From: Bacteroidales bacterium
GTDB lineage: Bacteria > Bacteroidota > Bacteroidia > Bacteroidales > VadinHA17
Assembly (NCBI GenBank): GCA_012519515.1
Contig: JAAYQC010000052.1
Location: 1 to 55,898, forward strand
DNA: 55,898 bases
Direction of reading: 5' to 3'
The translations under genes and the position numbers were made by a program. Under the pieces are notes generated by a model, which was not told the origin of the DNA, made no database searches, and was given only the letters and a program-made list of their open reading frames with translations. Below are positions 27,613 to 37,030 of this stretch, one piece after another (position 1 is the stretch's first letter; every line of letters starts with the position of its first letter).

Positions 27613-28842
27613 ATGGAAAAAACTGACAACAGGGTAATTGACATTGCTCCGGATGTGAAATGGATTGGAATACTTGATTATGATATCACGACATTTGATA
27701 TCGTGATGACTACGGAATACGGAACAACCTATAACTCTTTCTTTATAAATACTTCTAAAAAAGCCCTGATAGAAGTTGCAAAGGAGAAGTTTTGGGATGT
27801 CTATTTCAATAAAATTCAGCAGGTAACCGATCCTTCGGAAATTGAATACATCATTCTCGATCATACAGAGCCCGACCATTCAGGCAGCCTTGGCCGCCTG
27901 CTCGAACTGGCGCCTGACGCGACCGTGGTTGGAAGCGGAAATGCAATAAGATACCTGGGCGACATTGTAAACAAACCTTTCAAATCCCTGACAGTTAAGG
28001 ACGGAGATACCCTCGACCTTGGAAACAAGACGCTGAGATTCATCTCGGCCCCGAATCTCCACTGGCCCGATTCAATATATACCTGGCTGGAGGAAGACAG
28101 GATCCTGTTTACCTGCGATTCCTTCGGTGCCCATTATTGCAGCGAAAAGCTCTTCAGCGAACTGACCCCCGATTATCTCGACTCTTTCAAATACTATTTT
28201 GACGTTATCCTTAAACCCTTCAGCAAATTCATGTTGAGGGCAATTGATAGAATCAAAGGGCTTGAGCCTGTCCTTATTTGCCCCGGCCATGGCCCGCTTC
28301 ACAGGGATAATATTGATGAAGTCGTAGCTCTCAGCGCTAAGCTCTCGGAAGAGTACCTAAAGCTTACTGCCGGAGCTGATGTAAAAAGAGTGCTTGTTGC
28401 CTATGTCTCGGCTTATGGATTCACCGGAAAGGCAGCTGAGTATATTGCAGAAGGGATAGGAGAGGAAAGCGGCTGTGTAGCCGATGTCGTTGATATTGAG
28501 CATATCTCTGCCGCCGAACTCGACCTGAAGATCTCCTCAGCCGATGCCATTATCGCGGGATCTCCCACTATCAACCAGAATACCCTGCTGCCGGTCTATA
28601 CCCTCTTTGCACTGATAAATCCCCTGCGCGACAGGGGAAAACTTGCCGGAGCATTCGGATCATACGGATGGAGCGGTGAAGCACCAAAAATCATTCTGGA
28701 TAACTTCAGAAACCTTAAACTGAAAACCTTCGACGAAACAGCCGGATTCAAATTTGCCCCGGGTGGGGAAAAGAAGGAAAGCCTGGTCGAATTCGGAAAA
28801 AAATTCGCCCGCGAGGTGACGGGGGAAGCATCGAAGGAATAG
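27613..28842 (+). CDS. fprA: FprA family flavodiiron protein (O2/NO reductase)
   Basis: GTTYNS, HTEPDHSG, LHWPD, CDSFGAH and PGHG motifs; flavodoxin domain GSPT, FGSYGWSGEA. Confidence 0.93.
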   Translation: MEKTDNRVIDIAPDVKWIGILDYDITTFDIVMTTEYGTTYNSFFINTSKKALIEVAKEKFWDVYFNKIQQVTDPSEIEYIILDHTEPDHSGSLGRLLELAPDATVVGSGNAIRYLGDIVNKPFKSLTVKDGDTLDLGNKTLRFISAPNLHWPDSIYTWLEEDRILFTCDSFGAHYCSEKLFSELTPDYLDSFKYYFDVILKPFSKFMLRAIDRIKGLEPVLICPGHGPLHRDNIDEVVALSAKLSEEYLKLTAGADVKRVLVAYVSAYGFTGKAAEYIAEGIGEESGCVADVVDIEHISAAELDLKISSADAIIAGSPTINQNTLLPVYTLFALINPLRDRGKLAGAFGSYGWSGEAPKIILDNFRNLKLKTFDETAGFKFAPGGEKKESLVEFGKKFAREVTGEASKE

Positions 28843-28891
28843 ATATAAGGTTGGCAGCAGGCCACATGGCACACGCGGCTTGAAAATTGCA

Positions 28892-28961
28892 TATCGTTTT
28901 GGGTAAAAAAATTGTCGTAAAACAATAAGCCAGTTATCGTTTTGGGTAAAAAATTTGTTGT
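28892..28961. repeat. Imperfect 27-bp direct repeat, period 43 bp
   Basis: TATCGTTTTGGGTAAAAAAattgtcgt at 28892 and TATCGTTTTGGGTAAAAAAtttgttgt at 28935; first 19 bp identical. Confidence 0.85.
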
Positions 28962-29066
28962 TCTTTTCAGGTTATAGCGAAGACTCCACTATGTTTGAGC
29001 AACAAAAATTTAGCATTTGTAAATTTTCTGATTAGATTTGTATATATACATTGAAAAGACCCTTTG

Positions 29067-30287
29067 ATGAAGACCTCTATTAGGAACATCCTGATTATTC
29101 TGGGCGTTATTCTTTTTCTGTTTTTGTTATGGTCTTTCAGGATTATAGTAGTTTATGTGCTTGTCTCCGGAGTGCTGTCGGTCATGGGAAGGCCGCTGGT
29201 CGACCTGCTGAGACGGATCAAAATAGGAAAATGGCAGTTTCCGCGGGCTCTATGCGCGTTGCTTACCCTGATAGTGATCTGGGGCCTGATAACTCTTTTC
29301 TTCTATATCTTCATACCTCTTATTACCAGGCAGATTAATTACCTGTCAACAATCGATGGCTCTAAAATTGTGGAGCTGGTCGAGGGTCCGGTAAAGAAAA
29401 TCGAAGAGCTCATTACCCTTCTGAATCCGGAGATTTCAGGAAAACTTTCAGTCACCGATTACATAACTTCCAAGGTAGAAGGCATTCTTAACATAGAAGG
29501 GGTACAGAAATTTATGGGATCGTTGGTTGGTGTCCTGGGAAATATAGCCATTGCAGTATTCTCAATCTCCTTTATAACCTTTTTCTTCCTCAAGGACAAG
29601 CATCTTTTCTTCGAATCAATCCTGATGTGGATCCCCGACAAGTACGTGGAAAACGTTACCAGGGCCCTCAATTCAATCAAGCACCTTCTTACAAGATACC
29701 TTATAGGGATTGTCATCCAGAGTACATGTATAATGATACTGATCACACTTGGAATGACTATAGCAGGGATTGAATTCCAGCAGGCTCTGGTGATGGGACT
29801 GATTTTGGGAACACTTAACATTATACCCTACGTGGGCCCATGGCTCGGCTTTTTCATAGTGATGATAATGGGCATAGCCACGCATATCCAGTACGATTTT
29901 TCAACAGTGGTGGTTCCGTTGGTGATGTACATGATGATCGTGGTGGCTATAACGCAGCTCATAGATAATATTATTTTCCAGCCTGTCATTTTTTCCAGCA
30001 GCGTAAGGGCGCATCCGCTCGAGATTTTTATTGTCGTCCTTGCAGCCGGCTTTGCTGCCGGAATACCGGGAATGCTTCTCGGAATACCGACTTATACTGT
30101 TCTCAGGGTGTTCCCCCGGGAGTTCTTCTACGGATTCAAAGCCATCCAGAAAATAACATCAAGTCTGTCGGACGAGGATCAGGACGGGAAAAAATTGCTG
30201 ACATCCGGCCCGCAAGGCATTGTCATCAAGAGGAAACAAAGAAGAAAACCCCGGAGACCTAAAGAAAACAAGCAGGAAATACTATGA
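29067..30287 (+). CDS. AI-2E family transporter
   Basis: Multi-TM; NIIPYVGP and QLIDNIIFQPVIFSSSVRAHPLEI motifs. Confidence 0.92.
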   Translation: MKTSIRNILIILGVILFLFLLWSFRIIVVYVLVSGVLSVMGRPLVDLLRRIKIGKWQFPRALCALLTLIVIWGLITLFFYIFIPLITRQINYLSTIDGSKIVELVEGPVKKIEELITLLNPEISGKLSVTDYITSKVEGILNIEGVQKFMGSLVGVLGNIAIAVFSISFITFFFLKDKHLFFESILMWIPDKYVENVTRALNSIKHLLTRYLIGIVIQSTCIMILITLGMTIAGIEFQQALVMGLILGTLNIIPYVGPWLGFFIVMIMGIATHIQYDFSTVVVPLVMYMMIVVAITQLIDNIIFQPVIFSSSVRAHPLEIFIVVLAAGFAAGIPGMLLGIPTYTVLRVFPREFFYGFKAIQKITSSLSDEDQDGKKLLTSGPQGIVIKRKQRRKPRRPKENKQEIL

Positions 30288-30511
30288 ATTCATTCGTTTC
30301 TTTGCTTAAAAGGATATTCAGGTTCTACTATGAAGGCTTCACCACAATGTCGTGGTGGGGCAAACGAATCTGGACAATTCTGCTTATCAAATTGTTTATC
30401 ATTTTCCTCATCCTGAAGCTGTTCTTTTTTCCCGATTTCCTCAAAAAGAATTACCGGACAGATAAGCAGCGCAGCGAACATGTACTGGAACAACTAACAA
30501 AACAACATTAA
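30284..30511 (+). CDS. DUF4492 small membrane protein
   Basis: RIFRFYYEGF...GKRIWTILLIKLFIIFLILKLFFFPDFL; immediately upstream of cydA. Confidence 0.88.
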   Translation: MNSFVSLLKRIFRFYYEGFTTMSWWGKRIWTILLIKLFIIFLILKLFFFPDFLKKNYRTDKQRSEHVLEQLTKQH

Positions 30512-30515
30512 GCCT

Positions 30516-32072
30516 ATGTTTGAGAGTTTTGACTTATCCCTCGTGGACTGGTCGCGGGCTCAATTTGCCCTCACGGCTGTTTACCACTGGCTTTTCGTTC
30601 CCCTTACACTCGGCCTTTCATTCATTATTGCAATAATGGAGACTATCTATGTAAGAACCGGCAATGAGGAATGGAAGCGTATGACCAAATTCTGGATGAC
30701 TCTTTTCGGGATTAATTTTGCAATAGGCGTGGCAACCGGACTGATCCTTGAGTTTGAATTCGGCACCAACTGGTCAAACTACTCCTGGTTTGTCGGGGAT
30801 ATCTTCGGAGCACCCCTTGCAATAGAAGGCATTCTTGCCTTCTTCCTTGAATCGACTTTCGTTGCCGTTATGTTTTTCGGGTGGGAAAAGATCAGCAAAA
30901 GAGCCCATCTGATATCCACCTGGCTGGTGGCGATAGGAGCCAACCTTTCAGCATTATGGATACTGGTCGCCAATGCCTGGATGCAAAACCCCGTAGGAAT
31001 GGTCTTTAATCCCGAAACTGCCAGAAATGAAATGATAAGCTTCTGGGAAGTCCTTTTCAATGAGGTGGCTGTCTCCAAGTTCCTTCACACCATCTCATCG
31101 GGCTTCCTTCTGGGATCAATGTTCGTGGTGGGAATAAGTGCGTATTACCTCCTTAAAAACCGCGAGATACTTCTTGCAAAAAGAAGTATACTGATCGCGG
31201 GCATCTTTGGCCTGCTCTCATCCCTCCTGGTGATTTATACCGGCGATATTTCGGCAAGAACCCTGGCAAAGGCTCAGCCAATGAAATTCGCTGCTTTCGA
31301 AGCCCTCTATGAGGGAAAGGAGAGGGCGGGACTGGTTGCCGTGGGAGTGCTCAGGGAATCGGACAGGAAAATCGGGGATAAAGCCGTGAATGATTTTGTG
31401 TTCAGGATTGAAATTCCGGGATTCCTTTCAGTGATGACAGGCGGCAGCCCGGAAACCTTCGTACCGGGGATCAGCGATCTTGTAAACGGAAATCCCGAAA
31501 GGGGCCTGCTTTCCGTATCGGAAAAGATGGAGAGAGGAAGAATTGCCCGGGATCTGCTGATCGAATACAAGGAAGCCAGAAAAATCAACGACACAGAGAT
31601 AGCTGAAAGCATTGCAGCGACATTCAGAGACAGAAAATTCAATGAAGAATTTTTCAGGTATTTCGGCTATGCCTCCATTGATAAGCCGGAAGAAGTGATC
31701 CCCGGCGTTAAAGTGTCATTCTACACTTTCCATGTGATGGTAATGCTGGGATTCCTTTTCATCCTTATATTCTCCCTCGCGCTGCTGTTCCTCTTCCGCG
31801 GAACTCTCAGAAAGAACAAATGGTTCCTGTGGATAGCCCTCTTCTCAATCCTGCTTCCCTATGTCGCGAGCGAACTCGGTTGGGTGCTCGCTGAAATGGG
31901 CCGCCAGCCCTGGATAATACAGGACCTTATGCCCGTGACAACTGCAGTTACCCATGTAAGCACCGGATCGGTAATAACAACATTCATACTCTTCGCGGTT
32001 TTGTTTACAATCCTGCTTATTGCAGAAGTTTCGATTATGATAAGGCAGATTAAAATAGGACCAAAAAATTAG
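30516..32072 (+). CDS. cydA: Cytochrome bd quinol oxidase subunit I
   Basis: SRAQFALTAVYH, EFEFGTNWS, QPMKFAAFE and GWVLAEMGRQPW motifs. Confidence 0.97.
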   Translation: MFESFDLSLVDWSRAQFALTAVYHWLFVPLTLGLSFIIAIMETIYVRTGNEEWKRMTKFWMTLFGINFAIGVATGLILEFEFGTNWSNYSWFVGDIFGAPLAIEGILAFFLESTFVAVMFFGWEKISKRAHLISTWLVAIGANLSALWILVANAWMQNPVGMVFNPETARNEMISFWEVLFNEVAVSKFLHTISSGFLLGSMFVVGISAYYLLKNREILLAKRSILIAGIFGLLSSLLVIYTGDISARTLAKAQPMKFAAFEALYEGKERAGLVAVGVLRESDRKIGDKAVNDFVFRIEIPGFLSVMTGGSPETFVPGISDLVNGNPERGLLSVSEKMERGRIARDLLIEYKEARKINDTEIAESIAATFRDRKFNEEFFRYFGYASIDKPEEVIPGVKVSFYTFHVMVMLGFLFILIFSLALLFLFRGTLRKNKWFLWIALFSILLPYVASELGWVLAEMGRQPWIIQDLMPVTTAVTHVSTGSVITTFILFAVLFTILLIAEVSIMIRQIKIGPKN

Positions 32073-32084
32073 GAGGACCACCAA

Positions 32085-33215
32085 ATGACATTAATGATAT
32101 CACATATGTTCCTGCAGGCCTACTGGTGGATCATCATCTCCCTGCTTGCCGGCCTTCTGGTATTCCTCATGTTTGTCCAGGGCGGACAATCGATGATCTT
32201 TTCCCTTCCGAAGACAGAGCTCCAGAAAGCTATGCTTGTCAATGCAATGGGAAGAAAATGGGGATTTACCTTTACCACCCTTGTTACTTTCGGAGGAGCT
32301 TTCTTTGCTTCATTCCCGCTCTTTTACTCTGTAAGTTTCGGAGGCGCCTACTGGATGTGGATCGCTATACTGTTCAGCTTCATCATTCAGGCCGTTGCAT
32401 ACGAATACCGCTCAAAACCATCCAACGTCCTTGGTCAGAAGACTTTCGACACTTTCCTTTTCATAAACGGATCACTTGGACCCTTCCTGATAGGAACAGT
32501 TGTGGGTACTTTCTTTACAGGTTCACAGTTCAGTCTCAATGAGCTTAACCAGGTAAAATGGGGAACACCATGGCATGGACTTGAGGCGCTTCTCAATGTC
32601 CGAAACCTGGCGCTCGGACTGGCTGTCCTCTTCCTGGCAAGGACTAACGGACTGCTTTATCTGATGAACACTGTTGACGACGACGATCTTTTCGAGAGAT
32701 CAAGGAGGAAACTGTCCATGGATTCTATTTCATTCCTGGTGTTCTTCCTGTTCTTCGTTATTGTGCTGCTGTTGTCGGAGGGATTTGCATACGACCGCGC
32801 TACGGGAACAGTCAGCATGGAGAAGTTCAAATATCTTCATAACCTGCTGCAAATGCCTCTTGTTATGGTGATCTTCCTCGCGGGAGTGATCAGCGTACTT
32901 TACGGGATAGGGGCAGCCCTGTTCAAAGCAAAGCGTTCGGCAATATGGTATACGGGCGCCGGAACGATTCTGGCCGTGATGGCTCTCTTTTTTATAGCCG
33001 GCTTCAACGGCACTGCATTCTACCCGTCGGTATCAGACCCCGGAAGCTCCCTTACCATCGACAAGGCATCTTCAAGCTTCTTTACATTGAAAACCATGAT
33101 GTACGTGTCGTTCTTCGTGCCTTTCGTGATTGCATATATCTGGTATGCCTGGAAAGCTATAAACAGGAAAAAAATTACCGGCGATGAAATAATGAAAGGA
33201 AGGCATTTGTATTAG
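32085..33215 (+). CDS. cydB: Cytochrome bd quinol oxidase subunit II
   Basis: FVQGG, GRKW.FTFTTLVTFGGAFFASFP, SLTI..ASSS and PFVIAYIWY motifs. Confidence 0.95.
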   Translation: MTLMISHMFLQAYWWIIISLLAGLLVFLMFVQGGQSMIFSLPKTELQKAMLVNAMGRKWGFTFTTLVTFGGAFFASFPLFYSVSFGGAYWMWIAILFSFIIQAVAYEYRSKPSNVLGQKTFDTFLFINGSLGPFLIGTVVGTFFTGSQFSLNELNQVKWGTPWHGLEALLNVRNLALGLAVLFLARTNGLLYLMNTVDDDDLFERSRRKLSMDSISFLVFFLFFVIVLLLSEGFAYDRATGTVSMEKFKYLHNLLQMPLVMVIFLAGVISVLYGIGAALFKAKRSAIWYTGAGTILAVMALFFIAGFNGTAFYPSVSDPGSSLTIDKASSSFFTLKTMMYVSFFVPFVIAYIWYAWKAINRKKITGDEIMKGRHLY

Positions 33216-33323
33216 GCACGGGGCACGGGGCACGGGGCGCAGGGCACAGGGCACAGAGCACAGGGCACAGGGCGCAGGGCACAGGGCTCAGGGCTCAGGG
33301 CTCAGTGCACGGGGCACGGGGCA
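33214..33323. repeat. Heptameric tandem repeat (GGGCACA variants), about 15 units
   Basis: gggcacg, gggcgca, gggcaca and gggctca units begin at the cydB stop. Confidence 0.95.
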
Positions 33324-33463
33324 AGAAGATGTATACTGCTAACCGTGCGTTGCATGCCACACGCTGCAAAATTAGAAATTTGATAAACAGTAAAATATGT
33401 ATCTATCCGGAATCCTGCACTACCTTATATGGCCGGCTTTTATTATACTGAGCTGGTTCGTGA

Positions 33464-34231
33464 TCAAGGCTGCTTTGAAGTACTACGAGAAGAAGTATCC
33501 TCCCGAGAGGGAGGAGAGCTGAAAGGCAGATAAAAAGCGGCAAGCGACATCAGTATATAAAGCGGTATTATCAGGGGAGCCGAGGCGATGCCGAAGATGA
33601 CAAGCATTGCAAGCACTGCTCCGGCAAATATGAATCTCCATTCATTACCGCTGAAACTGAATCCTTTGAATTTGTTTGAAATCAGGGGGATCCGGGTTAC
33701 CATCAGCAGCGACAGTGTCACGGAGTAGATTGCCAGGGCAACAGGAGAAGCTGTAAATGAAGCTATGAGAGGCGATCGAGAGTATGCGGCAGCCAGAACA
33801 ATGGAAATGACTGCAATGGCATTCCCCGGTGTAGGCAATCCCCTGAAAACAGCAGACTGTGTGCTGTCAACATTGAATATCGCGAGCCGCAGTCCGGCAA
33901 GAACCGGCATCAGTATGGTAACAAATGGCAAAACATCTGACATGAATACTGAAGTGCCGTGGCCTGTTCCGGCAGCTGCTTTTATCATTTCATGAATGAT
34001 GATGGCCGGGGAAACTCCGAAGCTTACTATATCAGCCAGACTGTCGAGTTCTTTCCCGATTTCGGAGAATGCATGCAGCAAACGGGCTGAAAAACCGTCG
34101 AGGAAATCAAATATCATAGCGGCAAGGATAAGCCATGATGCCACTACGAGAGAACCGGAGGAGGCAAAGATCACGGAAGTGAATCCGGCAGCCAGATTGA
34201 GACAGGTTATGAAATTCGGAATGTGCTTCAT
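33464..34231 (-). CDS. pssA: CDP-diacylglycerol--serine O-phosphatidyltransferase (CDP-alcohol phosphatidyltransferase family)
   Basis: IPNFITCLN, FDFLDGFSAR...GKELDSLADIVSFGVSP and LRLAIFN...FRGLPTP; start MKHIPN at 34231. Confidence 0.9.
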   Translation of the reverse strand: MKHIPNFITCLNLAAGFTSVIFASSGSLVVASWLILAAMIFDFLDGFSARLLHAFSEIGKELDSLADIVSFGVSPAIIIHEMIKAAAGTGHGTSVFMSDVLPFVTILMPVLAGLRLAIFNVDSTQSAVFRGLPTPGNAIAVISIVLAAAYSRSPLIASFTASPVALAIYSVTLSLLMVTRIPLISNKFKGFSFSGNEWRFIFAGAVLAMLVIFGIASAPLIIPLYILMSLAAFYLPFSSPPSREDTSSRSTSKQP

Positions 34232-34265
34232 GTCGTTCAGTTCATGCCATTGTGATGACGGCAAG

Positions 34266-34312
34266 CAAAATTATTATAAATTTCACATGATTGGGAGAAA
34301 TTATTAGATTTG
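34266..34312. promoter_or_regulatory. Back-to-back -7 elements for pssA (-) and the HAD gene (+)
   Basis: TAATTTTG on minus (34266-34273) and TAGATTTG on plus (34305-34312). Confidence 0.5.
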
Positions 34313-34332
34313 CATCATTTATTACTGCCTTG

Positions 34333-34785
34333 ATGATCAGTTTAAAGAATATACGGATTGCAGTGGATTTTGACGGAACCATTGTGGATCATGAATATCC
34401 CGGTATCGGCAAGGAGAAACTGTTCGCGTTTCAGACTCTCAAAGAACTCGAGAAGCTGGGAGCAAGACTTATTTTGTGGACCTTCAGGGCAGGACCTGAA
34501 CTTGAACAGGCTGTTGAATACTGCAGGAAGAACGGGATCGTGTTCTATGCAGTGAACCGGAATTATCCCGAGGAAGTATATGATGAATCAATCAGCCGGA
34601 AGATTGATGCTGATGTTTTTATTGACGATAAGAATGTAGGCGGCTTTCCCGGCTGGAGCGAGATATGGCAGATCCTTGTTCCCTTCGATCTCCACCAGAA
34701 AGAGATGGAAAGGCAGATAGCCAATGCAAGAAGGAACAGTCTGCGGCGTTTGTTCGGAAGGAGAGACAGGCAGAATGAAGGCTAA
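34333..34785 (+). CDS. Small HAD-superfamily phosphatase (BT0820-like)
   Basis: IAVDFDGTIV, LILWTFR and RKIDADVFIDD motifs. Confidence 0.88.
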   Translation: MISLKNIRIAVDFDGTIVDHEYPGIGKEKLFAFQTLKELEKLGARLILWTFRAGPELEQAVEYCRKNGIVFYAVNRNYPEEVYDESISRKIDADVFIDDKNVGGFPGWSEIWQILVPFDLHQKEMERQIANARRNSLRRLFGRRDRQNEG

Positions 34786-35893
34786 GATTCTGACATCTAC
34801 AATTGCGGTCATTCTGACTGCAGCCGCACTCCTTGCAGGCGCATGCTCGAACAGGGCAGGAAATGCAGTGAAATCCTCCACTGAAACCAGAGCCAAAAAG
34901 CAGGAACCTGCAGCCAGCCTTATAAGAATGAAATCACCTGCTGAAAATGCAAAGCACAAGTTAAACGACCAGATAAAAATCTCCCTCGATCCGGATACTG
35001 ATGCCGGAATCCCCGACTCCGTAAAGGTGTTTTTTGACGGTAAACAGGTGGCAGTACTGTTTTCTGCTCCATGGGAATACACTGTTTCAGGCGACCTTAC
35101 CGGAATGACCGGACGAAAGCCTGTCAGGGCCGTAGCATACACATCCGACCTTAACCAGTCGGTGACAAGATTTGTTATTATCTATTCGGATTCAGCTCCC
35201 AAACGGCTTGGTTACAGACTGATAAATACATACCCCCATGATTCGGGCGCCTTTACGCAGGGACTGTTTTTTCACGAAGGGCTACTTTATGAAGGTACAG
35301 GCCAGGAGTCAGGTTCGAGCTTAAGGACAGTTGAACTTAAAACAGGAAAGGTAATCAGGCAGGTTAACCTCGATGCATCACTTTTCGGAGAAGGAATAAG
35401 CCTTTACAACGACAGGATATTCCAGCTTACCTGGCAGAATAAGGTTGGATTTGTTTACAACCTTTCCGATTTCAGGCTGATCAACAAGGTCTACTACCAG
35501 GGAGAGGGATGGGGGCTTACCACAATAGACGACAGGATTGTCAGAAGTGATGGAACCAATATCCTGTATTTCCATGAGCCTGAAATGTTTGATGCTGTAG
35601 CGCGTCTCGAGGTTTACGACCACGAAAAGAAAGTTGACCAGCTCAATGAGCTCGAATATATAAACGGTGAGATATGGGCTAATATCTGGATGACGGACCT
35701 TATTGCCCGTATCGACCCGAAAAGCGGCAAGGTGAATTCCTATATCGATCTCTCACGCCTTTTTCCTGAGTCAAAACGACAGAAAGTCAACGCGGATGTC
35801 CTTAACGGGATAGCCTGGGATCAGAAAGGCGGCAGGATATTCGTAACCGGTAAACGATGGCCCAATCTCTATGAGATAGAAGTCATTGAATAA
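34775..35893 (+). CDS. Glutaminyl-peptide cyclotransferase (type I, beta-propeller), lipoprotein
   Basis: Lipobox LLAGAC; YPHD..AFTQGL, FGEG, QLTW, EGWGLT, LNELEY, ANIW, VLNGIA and VTGKRWP motifs. Confidence 0.93.
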   Translation: MKAKILTSTIAVILTAAALLAGACSNRAGNAVKSSTETRAKKQEPAASLIRMKSPAENAKHKLNDQIKISLDPDTDAGIPDSVKVFFDGKQVAVLFSAPWEYTVSGDLTGMTGRKPVRAVAYTSDLNQSVTRFVIIYSDSAPKRLGYRLINTYPHDSGAFTQGLFFHEGLLYEGTGQESGSSLRTVELKTGKVIRQVNLDASLFGEGISLYNDRIFQLTWQNKVGFVYNLSDFRLINKVYYQGEGWGLTTIDDRIVRSDGTNILYFHEPEMFDAVARLEVYDHEKKVDQLNELEYINGEIWANIWMTDLIARIDPKSGKVNSYIDLSRLFPESKRQKVNADVLNGIAWDQKGGRIFVTGKRWPNLYEIEVIE

Positions 35894-36836
35894 GCTTCTT
35901 CGCGTAAATGATATTTATTGCAGAAGGGATAATGCTGAATTCTGCCGGTGTATGCCCCAGCGATTCCCCGTCGGCTTCAATTAACAGCTTTGATTCAGAG
36001 CTTACCTTAAGCCCCTTGCTCCTGTATCCGTCAACCTTCCGGTGGCTCAGTATGGTTCCGTCATAAAGCATGCCCAGGCTTCGTATTATTTCAAACTTCC
36101 CCATTTCCTTTATCACGGTGATGTCGAACAGGCCATCGTCAGGCAATGCATCGGGTGTCTGCCTCATCCCGCCACCGCAATACCTCCCGTTGCCGATATT
36201 GATCGAGAATATTTTTGCATTGCTGGTGATCCCGTCTATTGTGATTTCAACAGGCGTATTCCTGTATGTGATAAGACTGCGAAGAAGGTTGAAGAGATAG
36301 ATAGCCTTGTTGCTTCTGCCTTTTTCCTTCTGCCTGTTGGTCCTTAAAATAACCACCGCTTCAAAACCTGTTCCGGCGATGTTTATAAAGTAGGTCCTGT
36401 GTTTTGCACTTCCGATGTGATAGTCTATAACACCAATGTCATGAAGCAGCGTCTTTCCTTCTTTTATCACAGATACAGCTCCTTCATAAACCAGCGGGAT
36501 ACCGAACATCCTGCCCCAGTCGTTCCCCGTTCCCACAGGTATCAGTCCTATCGTAACCTCCGACGGAAGGCAATGAGTCTGTGTGAAAACCCCGTTGATG
36601 ATCTCGTTAAGAGTCCCGTCGCCACCAACAGATATGATCTTCCTGTATCCTTCAGCCAGCATGGTCCTTGTAAATTCGGTTGCGTCGCCTTTACCGGTCG
36701 TGGTGAGGGCGTTGAAGTTTATGCCATTCTTTCTCAGAATGTCTGATATCCTGCCACTATCTTTTGAACCTTTGGCATTGCCGGCATTGGGATTAAAGAT
36801 AGCACACCATTCAGGCCTCATTATTGTTTCTTCCAT
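35883..36836 (-). CDS. Diacylglycerol kinase family lipid kinase (YegS/DagK-like)
   Basis: NPNAG, GGDGTLNE, PVGTGND, NGRYCGGG and EADGE motifs; start uncertain (36836 or 36821). Confidence 0.92.
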   Translation of the reverse strand: MEETIMRPEWCAIFNPNAGNAKGSKDSGRISDILRKNGINFNALTTTGKGDATEFTRTMLAEGYRKIISVGGDGTLNEIINGVFTQTHCLPSEVTIGLIPVGTGNDWGRMFGIPLVYEGAVSVIKEGKTLLHDIGVIDYHIGSAKHRTYFINIAGTGFEAVVILRTNRQKEKGRSNKAIYLFNLLRSLITYRNTPVEITIDGITSNAKIFSINIGNGRYCGGGMRQTPDALPDDGLFDITVIKEMGKFEIIRSLGMLYDGTILSHRKVDGYRSKGLKVSSESKLLIEADGESLGHTPAEFSIIPSAINIIYAKKLIQ

Positions 36837-36959
36837 CGCGATCGTTTTGGACAAATATCTGAATAAATGAAGAATAAAAGCTTCCCGGAGAAGTTTAAAA
36901 TCGCGATATTACAGAAGTCGCTAAAGATGAGAGCTCAACGAGGTTCAGAAAGGCAGCAT

Positions 36960-37000
36960 TGTTAATAAGATGTTGATAAGGACATATAAAATGTTTACAA
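36960..37000. promoter_or_regulatory. DnaA-box-like 9-mers upstream of parA
   Basis: TGTTAATAA (36960), TGTTGATAA (36971) and TGTTTACAA (36992), compared with TGTGGATAA. Confidence 0.45.
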
Positions 37001-37004
37001 TTAC

Positions 37005-37030
37005 ATTGTTGGCTCCCGGGAGCCAACAAT
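37005..37030. repeat. Perfect 26-bp palindrome in the parA promoter
   Basis: ATTGTTGGCTCCC|GGGAGCCAACAAT; -7 element TACATTTG at 37041-37048. Confidence 0.9.
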
